A stretch of 32,000 nucleotides of DNA from Acidothermus cellulolyticus 11B (GCF_000015025.1 NC_008578.1:1080001-1112000); one strand, 5' to 3'; positions 12,447 through 20,092 are shown, counted from the stretch's first letter. The notes: generated by a model from the letters alone, not told the origin. A program made the numbers and translations.

Positions 12447-13103
12447 CGTGGTGTGGTGGTATCTGCAGGGTCAGCGGCGACGGCGGCGTCCGCGGCGGAG
12501 GTCGTTTCCGCGGAGGTCATTTCCGCGGCGGCGCTCCTTCGCCGCCGGGAAGGCTTTGCGGTGTCTCCACCTTTTGCCGAGGCCTTTCCTGGTGGCGTGA
12601 TGCAACGGGGGAGTGTGATTGTCGTCGAGAGATCCGCCACGCTCACCTTGGCGCTGATTGCCGATATTGCCCGGCAAGGCGGATGGAGTGCCGAGGTCGG
12701 CGGCCCCCCGCTGGGTGCAGCGGCTGCCGCGGAGTACCAGATACCGGCGGACCGGTTCGTGCGCATTCCTTCCCCGGGTGGACGGTGGATGACAGCCGTG
12801 GCTGCATTGGTGGAAGCTTTCGATCTCGTCGTTGTCCACGTTGCGGGGACGCCGGCTGAGCAGCGCCGATTGACCGCTCGGGTACGGGAGCGGTCAGCAA
12901 TTCTGCTGACCACGGTTCCTTGGGAAGGGGCGACGGCTCGTTTTGCCGTGACGGACCGCCGGTGGAGCGGCTTGGGTCAAGGCGACGGATGTCTACAGGG
13001 CGCGGAATTCACCGTGCGCGTGATGAGCCGGGGGACCGGTGGCCATCCACGGCATTTTCGGTGGCGGCCACGGTTTTCTTCCGCAACACCTTCCGCGGCG
13101 TGA
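12420..13103 (+). CDS. imuA': ImuA' (RecA-fold mutasome accessory protein)
   Basis: Lies immediately upstream of imuB and dnaE2. Motifs typical of ImuA': FPGGVMQRGSVIVV, WSAEVG, RWSGLGQGDGCLQGAEFTV. The maximal ORF is given. ATG 12435 and GTG 12453 or 12456 are equally possible starts. Confidence 0.8.
   Translation: MLFEHMFDTRGVVVSAGSAATAASAAEVVSAEVISAAALLRRREGFAVSPPFAEAFPGGVMQRGSVIVVERSATLTLALIADIARQGGWSAEVGGPPLGAAAAAEYQIPADRFVRIPSPGGRWMTAVAALVEAFDLVVVHVAGTPAEQRRLTARVRERSAILLTTVPWEGATARFAVTDRRWSGLGQGDGCLQGAEFTVRVMSRGTGGHPRHFRWRPRFSSATPSAA
12427..12442. promoter_or_regulatory. LexA operator (SOS box), perfect TCGAAC-N4-GTTCGA
   Basis: TCGAACATATGTTCGA at 12427-12442 exactly matches the Gram-positive/actinobacterial LexA consensus (Cheo box GAAC-N4-GTTC with TC/GA flanks). 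It sits at the 5' end of imuA', a known LexA-regulated cassette in mycobacteria. Confidence 0.9.
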
Positions 13104-13133
13104 AAGGGAACACCGGGGAGATCGAGGTGTGCC

Positions 13134-14717
13134 GTGACCGTTCTTTTCCAGGTCTCCTCCCTTTTTCCTGTCGAGCGTGTCCTTGCCGTATGGTGCCCGG
13201 ATTGGCCGATCCTGGCTGCGGGAGCGGATCCGCAAACGCCGTGTGCGGTGATTGCCCGCGGCCGGATTCTTTCCTGCTCGCCGGCGGCGCGTGCCGCCGG
13301 CGTCCGCCGTGGTCAGCGGTGGCGGGAAGCCCAGGCCTGCTGCCCGGAATTGCTCGGCCATACCGCTGATCCAGGTCGAGACAGCCGGGTTTTCGAAGCG
13401 GTGGTGCGTCGGGTTGCTGAGGTGGCCGCCGGGCCGGACGTCGTCCGCCCTGGCCTTCTGGTGGCCCGCGCCGGCGGTGCGGCTCGGTATTGGGGCGGTG
13501 AAGAGCCGTTGCGGCAACGGATCGTTGACGGGGTCCGCAGCCTTGGGTTTCCGGTGCGGGTGGGCATAGCGGATGGAACGTTCGCGGCTGTTCAAGCGGC
13601 GTATGAGGACCGGATCGTCCCACCGGGACGGTCGGTGGATTTTCTTGCTGAGCTTCCTGTGCACCGTCTCGGACCGCCGTTGTCGGAAATACTTCCTCGT
13701 TTCGGCCTCCGCACCTTAGGGGACTTCACGAGTCTGCCGCGCCGGACGGTGGTGACCCGGTGGGGGGAGGACGCCGGCCGGGCGCACGATATGGCCCGCG
13801 GGGTTCCCCTTCGGTTCTTGGTCCGCGCCCATGACCCGCCGGTTATTGCTGTGCACCGAATTTTCGATCCGCCGCTCGACCGCGTGGATACGGCGTCGTT
13901 CATCGCCCGGGTGGCGGCGGAAGAATTGCACGAACAGTTGACCCGCCGGGGTTTGGGGTGTCTGCGGTTGGTGGTGGAAGTCCGCGATGAAAGCGGGCGG
14001 ATCCACGCCCGTGCGTGGCGGCGGGTGGATGCCGTCCTTCCTGTTTTCTCCGTCGCGGCGATCGTCGACCGGGTGCGATGGCAGCTTGCCGGGTGGCTTG
14101 ATTCCGGGAATGTATCCGGCGGCCTGGCGGCACTTCGACTCGTTGCTGATGAGGTGACCCGTGCTGTCGGTTGGGACGTGCCGTTATGGGATGGCGGAAA
14201 TGACGTGCTTCGGGGACAGGCCGACAGTATTCACCGGCACACCGATATTGCCAGGGTCCTCACCCGTCTGCAGGGTCTTCTCGGTGAATCGGCGGTGGTG
14301 AGCGCTGTTGTGGACGGCGGCCGGGATCCGATCCACCGGGTGCGCTGGGTGCCCTGGGGTTCGGGGGAGCCGGACGGCAAGCCCGATACCGCGCCGTGGC
14401 CTGGCCGGCTGCCGCCGCCGTCGCCGCCTACGGTGTGGGATCCGCCGCGTCCGGCCGTCGTCCTTGCCGCAAGCGGCGAGACCGTTGCGGTAACCGCACG
14501 TTTGCGGCTTACCGCAACGCCGGCGATTCTCGCTCTTCCTGACGCCCAGCGGCGGCGGATAACCGGTTGGGCAGGGCCGTGGCCGTTCGATGAACGGTGG
14601 TGGGACGCTCCGACCGCCCGTCATGGGACGCGGTTTCAGTTCGCCACCGCTGATGGACTTGCCTGGTTGGCGACCCATTGCGGCGGCATGTGGGCTGTGG
14701 AAGGGCGGTACGACTGA
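13134..14717 (+). CDS. imuB: ImuB (catalytically inactive Y-family polymerase-like mutasome subunit)
   Basis: 527-aa ORF with GTG start and a GAGGTG SD 5 nt upstream. It has the N-terminal LAVWCPDWP signature typical of ImuB. Its stop overlaps the dnaE2 ATG (TGATG). Confidence 0.85.
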   Translation: MTVLFQVSSLFPVERVLAVWCPDWPILAAGADPQTPCAVIARGRILSCSPAARAAGVRRGQRWREAQACCPELLGHTADPGRDSRVFEAVVRRVAEVAAGPDVVRPGLLVARAGGAARYWGGEEPLRQRIVDGVRSLGFPVRVGIADGTFAAVQAAYEDRIVPPGRSVDFLAELPVHRLGPPLSEILPRFGLRTLGDFTSLPRRTVVTRWGEDAGRAHDMARGVPLRFLVRAHDPPVIAVHRIFDPPLDRVDTASFIARVAAEELHEQLTRRGLGCLRLVVEVRDESGRIHARAWRRVDAVLPVFSVAAIVDRVRWQLAGWLDSGNVSGGLAALRLVADEVTRAVGWDVPLWDGGNDVLRGQADSIHRHTDIARVLTRLQGLLGESAVVSAVVDGGRDPIHRVRWVPWGSGEPDGKPDTAPWPGRLPPPSPPTVWDPPRPAVVLAASGETVAVTARLRLTATPAILALPDAQRRRITGWAGPWPFDERWWDAPTARHGTRFQFATADGLAWLATHCGGMWAVEGRYD

Positions 14718-17700
14718 TGGGGTGGCACAATCCGTCCGTCTCCTGGCCGGAACTTGAACGTCGCCTCGCCGGCCGACCCGCCCGTGCCGTCGAGCCGGCG
14801 GATGCGGAAGCGCCGACATCGCGCCGGCGGCCGCCGTACCGGCCGAAAGAATTGCCGAAACAACCGGATGAGACCGTTCGTTATGCGGAATTGCACTGTC
14901 ATTCGAATTTCAGTTTTCTCGATGGGGCAAGCCATCCGGAGGAACTCGTTGAGGAAGCCGCCCGGCTGGGTCTTGAGACCCTTGCCCTCACCGATCACGA
15001 CGGATTCTACGGGGTCGTCCGGTTTGCCGAAGCGGCTGCTGAACTCGGCGTTCGTACCGTTTTCGGCGCGGAGTTGTCCCTCTCGCTTGTCGAGCCGCGG
15101 GCCGGTGCCGTCGATCCGGATGCCGTTCACCTCCTCGTCCTGGCCCGTGATCCGGAGGGATACCGGCGGCTTGCCGTTGCGATGAGTGCGGCGCACCTGA
15201 GAGGCGGCGGGAAAGGGCGGCCGCAGTACGACGAGACGGAACTCGCGCATACCGCCGGCGGGCATTGGCTGATCCTCACCGGATGCCGGAAAGGGCGGGT
15301 CCGCCGTGCCCTCGCCGCCGAGGGTCCGGACGGCGCGGTACGGGAAATCGACCGGCTCGTTGAGATGTTCGGTCGGGAGAACGTTGCGGTGGAACTCACC
15401 GACGACGGGCAGCCCCTCGATTCAGCAGCCAACGATGTGCTTGCCGCGGCTGCTGTCCGCTGCGGACTTCCGGTGGTGGCGACGACGAACGCCCACTACG
15501 CCACCCCTGATCGAGGTCGATTGGCCGCCGCACTGGCCGCGGTCCGCGCTCGAAAAAGTCTGGATGAGATAGCCGGATGGCTGCCGGCCGCGCCCGTCCG
15601 CCATCTGCGCTCCGGAGTCGAGATGGCTCAGCGTTTCGCCCGGTACCCCGGGGCGGTGGCGAACGCGGCCCGGCTCGGCGCCGCCTGCGCATTCGATGTG
15701 CGCTTGATTGCTCCGCGGCTTCCGGATTTTCCGGTGCCGCCTGGTCACACCGAGATGAGTTATCTCCGCGAACTGGCGATGCGCGGCGCGGCCGAGAAAT
15801 ACGGACCGCCGCATCAGCGCCCTGATGTGTACCGCCAGCTTGATTATGAACTTGACGTCATCGAGCAGCTCGGGTTTCCCGGATATTTTCTCGTCGTCTG
15901 GGAGATCGTTGAATTCTGCCGGTCCCGCGGCATCCTCTGCCAAGGCCGGGGATCGGCCGCTAATTCCGTCGTCTGCTACGTTCTCGGTATCACCAAGGCC
16001 GACCCCATCGCCTTCCGGTTGCTCTTCGAACGATTTCTCAGTCCGGAGCGGGACGGACCGCCGGATATTGACGTCGACATCGAAAGCGGCCGCCGGGAGG
16101 AGGTCATCCAATACGTCTACTCTCGATATGGCCGGGAGCGGGCCGCGCAGGTCGCCACGGTCATCACCTACCGGCCCCGATCCGCCGTCCGGGACATGGC
16201 CCGCGCCCTCGGATATTCGCCGGGCCAACAGGACGCATGGTCGAAACAGCTTGACCGGTATGGAGAGATTCCCCGCGGTTCGGAGGCTGACCACGATGTC
16301 CCGGATGACGTGGTCCATCTCGCCCGTCAGGTGCTTGGTTTTCCCCGTCATCTGGGCATCCATTCCGGAGGAATGGTGATCTGTGACCGGCCGGTCGCCG
16401 AGGTCTGTCCGGTCGAGTGGGCGCGGATGCCCGGGCGGAGCGTGCTGCAGTGGGACAAAGACGATTGCGCCCGGATCGGTGTGGTGAAATTCGACCTTCT
16501 CGGACTGGGCATGCTGTCGGCGTTGCGGGAGTGCTTCGATCTCATCGAGACCTATCACGGTGTGCGGCTGTCTCTGGAGACGATTCCGCCGGAAGACCCG
16601 GCGGTGTACGACATGCTCTGCGCAGCGGATTCGGTGGGCGTCTTCCAAGTGGAGAGTCGAGCGCAGATGGCGACGCTTCCGCGATTGCAACCGAGAAATT
16701 TCTACGACCTCGTCACCGAGGTGGCGATCATTCGTCCCGGTCCGATTCAAGGCGGTTCCGTGCACCCGTTCATCCGCCGCCGCCGGGGACGGGAACCCGT
16801 TCGTTACGCCCATCCGCTGCTCCGCCATTCGCTGGAACGCACGTACGGCGTCCCGCTCTTCCAAGAGCAGATCATGCAAATGGCCATCGATGTCGCCGGG
16901 CTCACTCCCGCCGAAGCAGACCACCTGCGTCAGGCGATGGGGGCTAAACGTTCCGTCGAACGCATGGAGCGTCTGAAAGCGAAACTCTACGCGGGCATGG
17001 CCCGTAACGGCATTACCGGAGCGGTGGCGGACGAAATCTACGAGAAACTCCAGGCGTTTGCGCATTTCGGTTTTCCTGAGAGTCACGCCATCAGCTTTGC
17101 GTTTCTTGTTTATGCGAGCGCGTGGCTGAAAAAGTACTACCCGGCGGCGTTCTGCGCGGCGCTTCTCAACGCTGCTCCGCTTGGCTTTTACTCGCCGCAG
17201 ACGGTGGTGGCTGACGCCCGTCGTCACGGGGTGGTGATCCGCCGTCCCTGTGTCGCCTCCAGTGCAACGAAAACCATTCTGGAACCGATGGACGGCGGCT
17301 GGGCGGTGCGATTGGGTCTTTCCTTGGTGAAAGGAGTGAGCGCCGAGACGGCGGATCGCATCGTTGCCCGTCGGCCGTACCGTGACATGGCGGATCTGGC
17401 ACGCCGCTGCGAACTCTCCGTCACGCACCTGGAGGCGCTGGCTGCGGCAGGGGCGTGTGAGTGTTTCGGTCTCGACCGGCGGCAGGCCTTGTGGCTCGCC
17501 GGTTCCGCCGCCGAGACGCGGCCCGGACAGCTTGAGGGTTTTGGCGTCGAGGCCACGCCGCCGCGGCTTCCACCGATGACGGAGATGGAGACGACGGTGA
17601 CGGACCTGCGGTTCCTGGGAATCAGCCCGGACGTCTACCCGACGGCACACGTTCGGGATCAGTTGACCGAGATGGGTGTCGTTCCGGCGGCGCAATTGCA

Positions 17701-17989
17701 TCGAGTGGCGCCGGATTCTCGAGTTCTCGTCGGGGGAGTGGTCACCCATTGGCAACGCCCGGCGACGGCGCGGGGAACGACGTTCCTCAACGTGGAGGAC
17801 GAGACGGGGATGGTCAACGTGATCTGCTCACCGGGAGTCTGGGTGCGGTATCGGCGGACGGCACGGACGGCGGCCGCCCTTCTGGTACGCGGCCGGCTGG
17901 AACGAGCGGACGGTGTGGTCAATGTTATTGCTGACCGGCTTGAGCCGCTTCCGCTGGTAATTCGGCGTTCCGCTCGAGATTTCCGGTGA
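14717..17989 (+). CDS. dnaE2: Error-prone DNA polymerase III alpha-subunit paralogue DnaE2 (ImuC)
   Basis: About 1090 aa from ATG 14717. PHP-domain signature YAELHCHSNFSFLDGAS; Pol IIIalpha core motifs (DIDVD, GIHSGGMVI, KFDLLGLGML). Cassette context with imuA'-imuB. Confidence 0.95.
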   Translation: MGWHNPSVSWPELERRLAGRPARAVEPADAEAPTSRRRPPYRPKELPKQPDETVRYAELHCHSNFSFLDGASHPEELVEEAARLGLETLALTDHDGFYGVVRFAEAAAELGVRTVFGAELSLSLVEPRAGAVDPDAVHLLVLARDPEGYRRLAVAMSAAHLRGGGKGRPQYDETELAHTAGGHWLILTGCRKGRVRRALAAEGPDGAVREIDRLVEMFGRENVAVELTDDGQPLDSAANDVLAAAAVRCGLPVVATTNAHYATPDRGRLAAALAAVRARKSLDEIAGWLPAAPVRHLRSGVEMAQRFARYPGAVANAARLGAACAFDVRLIAPRLPDFPVPPGHTEMSYLRELAMRGAAEKYGPPHQRPDVYRQLDYELDVIEQLGFPGYFLVVWEIVEFCRSRGILCQGRGSAANSVVCYVLGITKADPIAFRLLFERFLSPERDGPPDIDVDIESGRREEVIQYVYSRYGRERAAQVATVITYRPRSAVRDMARALGYSPGQQDAWSKQLDRYGEIPRGSEADHDVPDDVVHLARQVLGFPRHLGIHSGGMVICDRPVAEVCPVEWARMPGRSVLQWDKDDCARIGVVKFDLLGLGMLSALRECFDLIETYHGVRLSLETIPPEDPAVYDMLCAADSVGVFQVESRAQMATLPRLQPRNFYDLVTEVAIIRPGPIQGGSVHPFIRRRRGREPVRYAHPLLRHSLERTYGVPLFQEQIMQMAIDVAGLTPAEADHLRQAMGAKRSVERMERLKAKLYAGMARNGITGAVADEIYEKLQAFAHFGFPESHAISFAFLVYASAWLKKYYPAAFCAALLNAAPLGFYSPQTVVADARRHGVVIRRPCVASSATKTILEPMDGGWAVRLGLSLVKGVSAETADRIVARRPYRDMADLARRCELSVTHLEALAAAGACECFGLDRRQALWLAGSAAETRPGQLEGFGVEATPPRLPPMTEMETTVTDLRFLGISPDVYPTAHVRDQLTEMGVVPAAQLHRVAPDSRVLVGGVVTHWQRPATARGTTFLNVEDETGMVNVICSPGVWVRYRRTARTAAALLVRGRLERADGVVNVIADRLEPLPLVIRRSARDFR

Positions 17990-18022
17990 CCCGTTGTCTC
18001 TTGCGGGTACCGTCGTCGGCAC

Positions 18023-18050
18023 CAGGGGCGAGATTCCGGGTCAGCCCCTG
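18023..18050 (+). terminator. Possible dnaE2 terminator hairpin (no U-tract)
   Basis: CAGGGGC at 18023-18029 pairs with GCCCCTG at 18044-18050 (7-bp stem, 14-nt loop), 34 nt after the dnaE2 stop. No T-run follows, so this is weak. Confidence 0.2.
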
Positions 18051-18207
18051 TCCGCTGAAGCCGGCGTTTGACACCGTCGTCTGGACCCGGGGGAGGCCTG
18101 CCGTTTTCCCTGCCCCCTCGGGTCGATGCCCGACGGCCGCCAGCCGACGCCTCGGCGTCTGACGCCTGCCGCCGGCGGGTCGACGCCCGACGCCTGCAAA
18201 AAATCCC

Positions 18208-18236
18208 TTGACCGGTTCCTTCGCGGCAGCTACCCT
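18208..18236 (+). promoter_or_regulatory. Housekeeping-sigma-type promoter TTGACC-N17-TACCCT
   Basis: The -35 TTGACC is at 18208-18213 and the -10 TACCCT (TAnnnT) at 18231-18236, with exact 17-nt spacing. An A6 tract at 18198-18203 sits just upstream of the -35. Confidence 0.6.
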
Positions 18237-18244
18237 CATCGCTA

Positions 18245-18260
18245 TCGAACACATGTTCGA
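18245..18260. promoter_or_regulatory. Second LexA operator (SOS box), perfect TCGAAC-N4-GTTCGA
   Basis: TCGAACACATGTTCGA at 18245-18260 lies 8 nt downstream of the -10 hexamer, around the expected transcription start. This is the classical repressor position. Confidence 0.85.
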
Positions 18261-18352
18261 AAACGGCTCTCCGGTGCGCGGCTTCCTCGACCCGCCGCGC
18301 ACCGGGTCCCGCGGTTGCACAACCCGTTCAGGTGGAACCGAAGGAGGGCGCG

Positions 18353-18934
18353 ATGCCGGGTACACAGGCGGGCACAGTGCCGGACCCAACGCCGGGCGCA
18401 GTGCCGGACCCAACGCCGGGCTTGAAGGGCGGCGCGATGCCGGTAACCAGGCGAACCTCCGCTCTGCCCAGCCGAGCGCCCGGAGCACGGGCGGCTCGGC
18501 AGTTGCTTGACCTCGCCCGCTCCGGCCTTGCCGACGCTCAGTACTGCGATCGCGCCACGAATCGATATGCCGCGGCGCATCTGGCCGCGCTGCGCGCTGC
18601 AGCGGCTGTTCTGGCACTTCGCGCCCAGCCTGAGACGACCCGAGGTCGTGGGCGCATCCGTAATGTCTGGGTACTCCTCGCCCGGGTGGCGCCGCATCTG
18701 CGGGAATGGGCGGCGTATTTCGCTGCCGGTGCGCCCAAACGGGCTGCCGCCGAAGCTGGCCTTTCGTCGGCAGTGACTCCACGCGAAGCCGACGACCTAC
18801 TCCGGGATGCCGCGCTCTTTCTTTCTGTTGTGGAAGAGGAGCTCAGGACTGTTGCCGAACCGGGGTTCAGAAGTGTCGCAGGAGAGGAGCTCAGAACGAT
18901 CAGTGCCGATTACCCGACCTTACCGGCAGCCTGA
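18353..18934 (+). CDS. SAV_6107-family HEPN-like helical protein (function unknown)
   Basis: The Ala-rich helical core LLDLARSGLADAQ...NRYAAAHLAALRAAAAVLALRA...VWVLLARVAPHLREWAAYFAAGAPKRAAAEAG...READDLLRDAALFLSVVEE matches my memory of this actinobacterial family, which neighbours DUF3040 upstream of dcw in Streptomyces. ATG 18353 has an AAGGAGG SD. ATG 18437 is an alternative start. Confidence 0.7.
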   Translation: MPGTQAGTVPDPTPGAVPDPTPGLKGGAMPVTRRTSALPSRAPGARAARQLLDLARSGLADAQYCDRATNRYAAAHLAALRAAAAVLALRAQPETTRGRGRIRNVWVLLARVAPHLREWAAYFAAGAPKRAAAEAGLSSAVTPREADDLLRDAALFLSVVEEELRTVAEPGFRSVAGEELRTISADYPTLPAA

Positions 18935-18974
18935 TGGAACTCGGTGATCGCAGAACTGATGCGACTCGACGACC

Positions 18975-19018
18975 AGGATCAGCGTTGGTCGCCAAGAGGA
19001 TCAGCGTTAGCCGCCAAC
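18975..19018. repeat. 22-bp tandem repeat, 2 copies
   Basis: AGGATCAGCGTTGGTCGCCAAG at 18975-18996 and AGGATCAGCGTTAGCCGCCAAC at 18997-19018 (3 mismatches). The unit length is not a multiple of 3. The array sits 40 bp after the HEPN stop. Confidence 0.85.
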
Positions 19019-19457
19019 AGGCGGGACTCCCGTTCCCGCCGGGTAATGCCCTGGCGTCACCTGCAACGGGGAGGTCCTCAGCTTCTGGGCAAAGTGACCG
19101 ATCTCGCAGATGCCGAGCAGACCGGGCCCCGTCCGACGGTCGGGTACGTGTCGAACGACGGACGGGCGGCGCGCAGGCTCAACCGCTGCCGGCGGCAGAA
19201 TAGACCCGAACGCGCCGGGTGGAAGGAGGCGCCGTTGCGTGGCTTGATGTTCACCGCTCGCGGCGTCCGAAACCTCGGCGGCACCGCAAGAATCTACCGC
19301 TCTTCGCCGCCCGCTCGTATCCTGAAAGTACGCACCGCGACCGGCCGAGACGATCTCGGCGCATCGGCTGCCGAATATCTGAATACCTCAGAGGAGACAC
19401 TGGTATTACCAACTACGCGCAACCATGCGCGCAGTGGGATGGTCACGGGAGGGCACC

Positions 19458-19829
19458 GTGCCGCTCTCAGAGCATGAGCAGCGTGTGCTCGAGGAGATCG
19501 AACGTGCGCTGTCTGCTGACGATCCCAAGTTTGCTGCAACCGTACGATCCATTGATCCGCGGATCTATCGACGTCGTCGCTACCTGCGATCACTCTGCGC
19601 CGGGGTGCTCGGCATTCTGCTCGTTCCCGTCGGTCTGATCATTCGGCAGACCGTCGTCATCGCCCTCGGAGCTGTGGTCGCGATGGCCGCCCTTGTGTAC
19701 GCGGGCGCGATCTGGCGACGCGGACGCCGGCGGTTGGGGCGGTCGGTGCCGCGATCCCCGAAACCGCGAGGCCGCTTCATGCATCGCCTCGAGGAGCGGT
19801 GGAATCGCCGCCGGGAAAATCCCACCTGA
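19458..19829 (+). CDS. DUF3040-family small membrane protein
   Basis: From GTG 19458, with a GGGAGGG SD 5-11 nt upstream. It has the characteristic N-terminus PLSEHEQRVLEEIERALSADDPKF, followed by a hydrophobic segment of about 45 aa and a basic tail. Confidence 0.8.
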   Translation: MPLSEHEQRVLEEIERALSADDPKFAATVRSIDPRIYRRRRYLRSLCAGVLGILLVPVGLIIRQTVVIALGAVVAMAALVYAGAIWRRGRRRLGRSVPRSPKPRGRFMHRLEERWNRRRENPT

Positions 19830-19969
19830 CCGCCGAATCCGTGCGAACCTCGCTGATATCCGCAGAGCCCGGCTGAATTCTCGTGGCGAATCGCGCCATT
19901 CGGCGCAACACGGTCCAGCCTGGTTTTCTTCGTTACCGAGGCACTTCCGCGTAACCGCGGCCCATAGTG

Positions 19970-20069
19970 GTTGCCGCTTTTGTTACCGTCCGGCCGGTCG
20001 CATCGGTCTCGTGGACGACGTTGCCCACCTGAGTTGCCGCCGTCGTTTCCGTCCGGCCGGTCGCACCGG
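19970..20069. repeat. Pair of 37-bp direct repeats, offset 63 bp
   Basis: GTTGCCGCTTTTGTTACCGTCCGGCCGGTCGCATCGG at 19970-20006 and GTTGCCGCCGTCGTTTCCGTCCGGCCGGTCGCACCGG at 20033-20069 (32/37 identical, with a 17-nt exact core). They lie in the convergent spacer between DUF3040 and the transglutaminase gene. Confidence 0.8.
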
Positions 20070-20092
20070 CGACGGCCTGCCGGGCGGTCAGG

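Noticed and set aside
15422-17755. A 777-aa ORF antisense to dnaE2. Similar long antisense or shadow ORFs occur at 1656-3068 (-), 1130-2275 (-), 8656-9747 (+), 23163-24278 (+), 24581-25573 (-), 25488-26537 (-), 29492-31111 (-) and 3465-4682 (-).
   Set aside because: These are typical high-GC shadow ORFs. Their translations are Arg/Pro/Gly-rich with no recognisable motifs. Each lies opposite or out of frame to a gene with unambiguous family signatures.
12226-18260. The imuA'-imuB-dnaE2 cassette as a mobile or integrative element.
   Set aside because: No integrase, transposase or recombinase gene is present. There is no tRNA or attachment-site-like direct repeat at the borders, and no obvious compositional break.
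18934-19203. A 89-codon ORF whose ATG overlaps the HEPN stop (TGATG), suggesting a translationally coupled partner gene such as an antitoxin-like protein.
   Set aside because: About 40 of its 90 codons end in A or T, far from the GC3 of real genes here. The product is Arg/Ser-rich with no structure-like pattern. It is kept only as part of the non-coding-island finding.
18944-19477. A 177-aa ORF filling the HEPN-DUF3040 gap.
   Set aside because: GC3 is only moderate and the composition is highly basic with no motifs. It runs into the DUF3040 SD and start in another frame. More likely non-coding, though Ribo-seq could revisit this.
19831-19860. GGTTCGCACGGATTCGG on the minus strand, resembling a tRNA T-arm.
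   Set aside because: No acceptor, D or anticodon stems can be built around it, and it does not match the GGTTCGAATCC-type T-loop.
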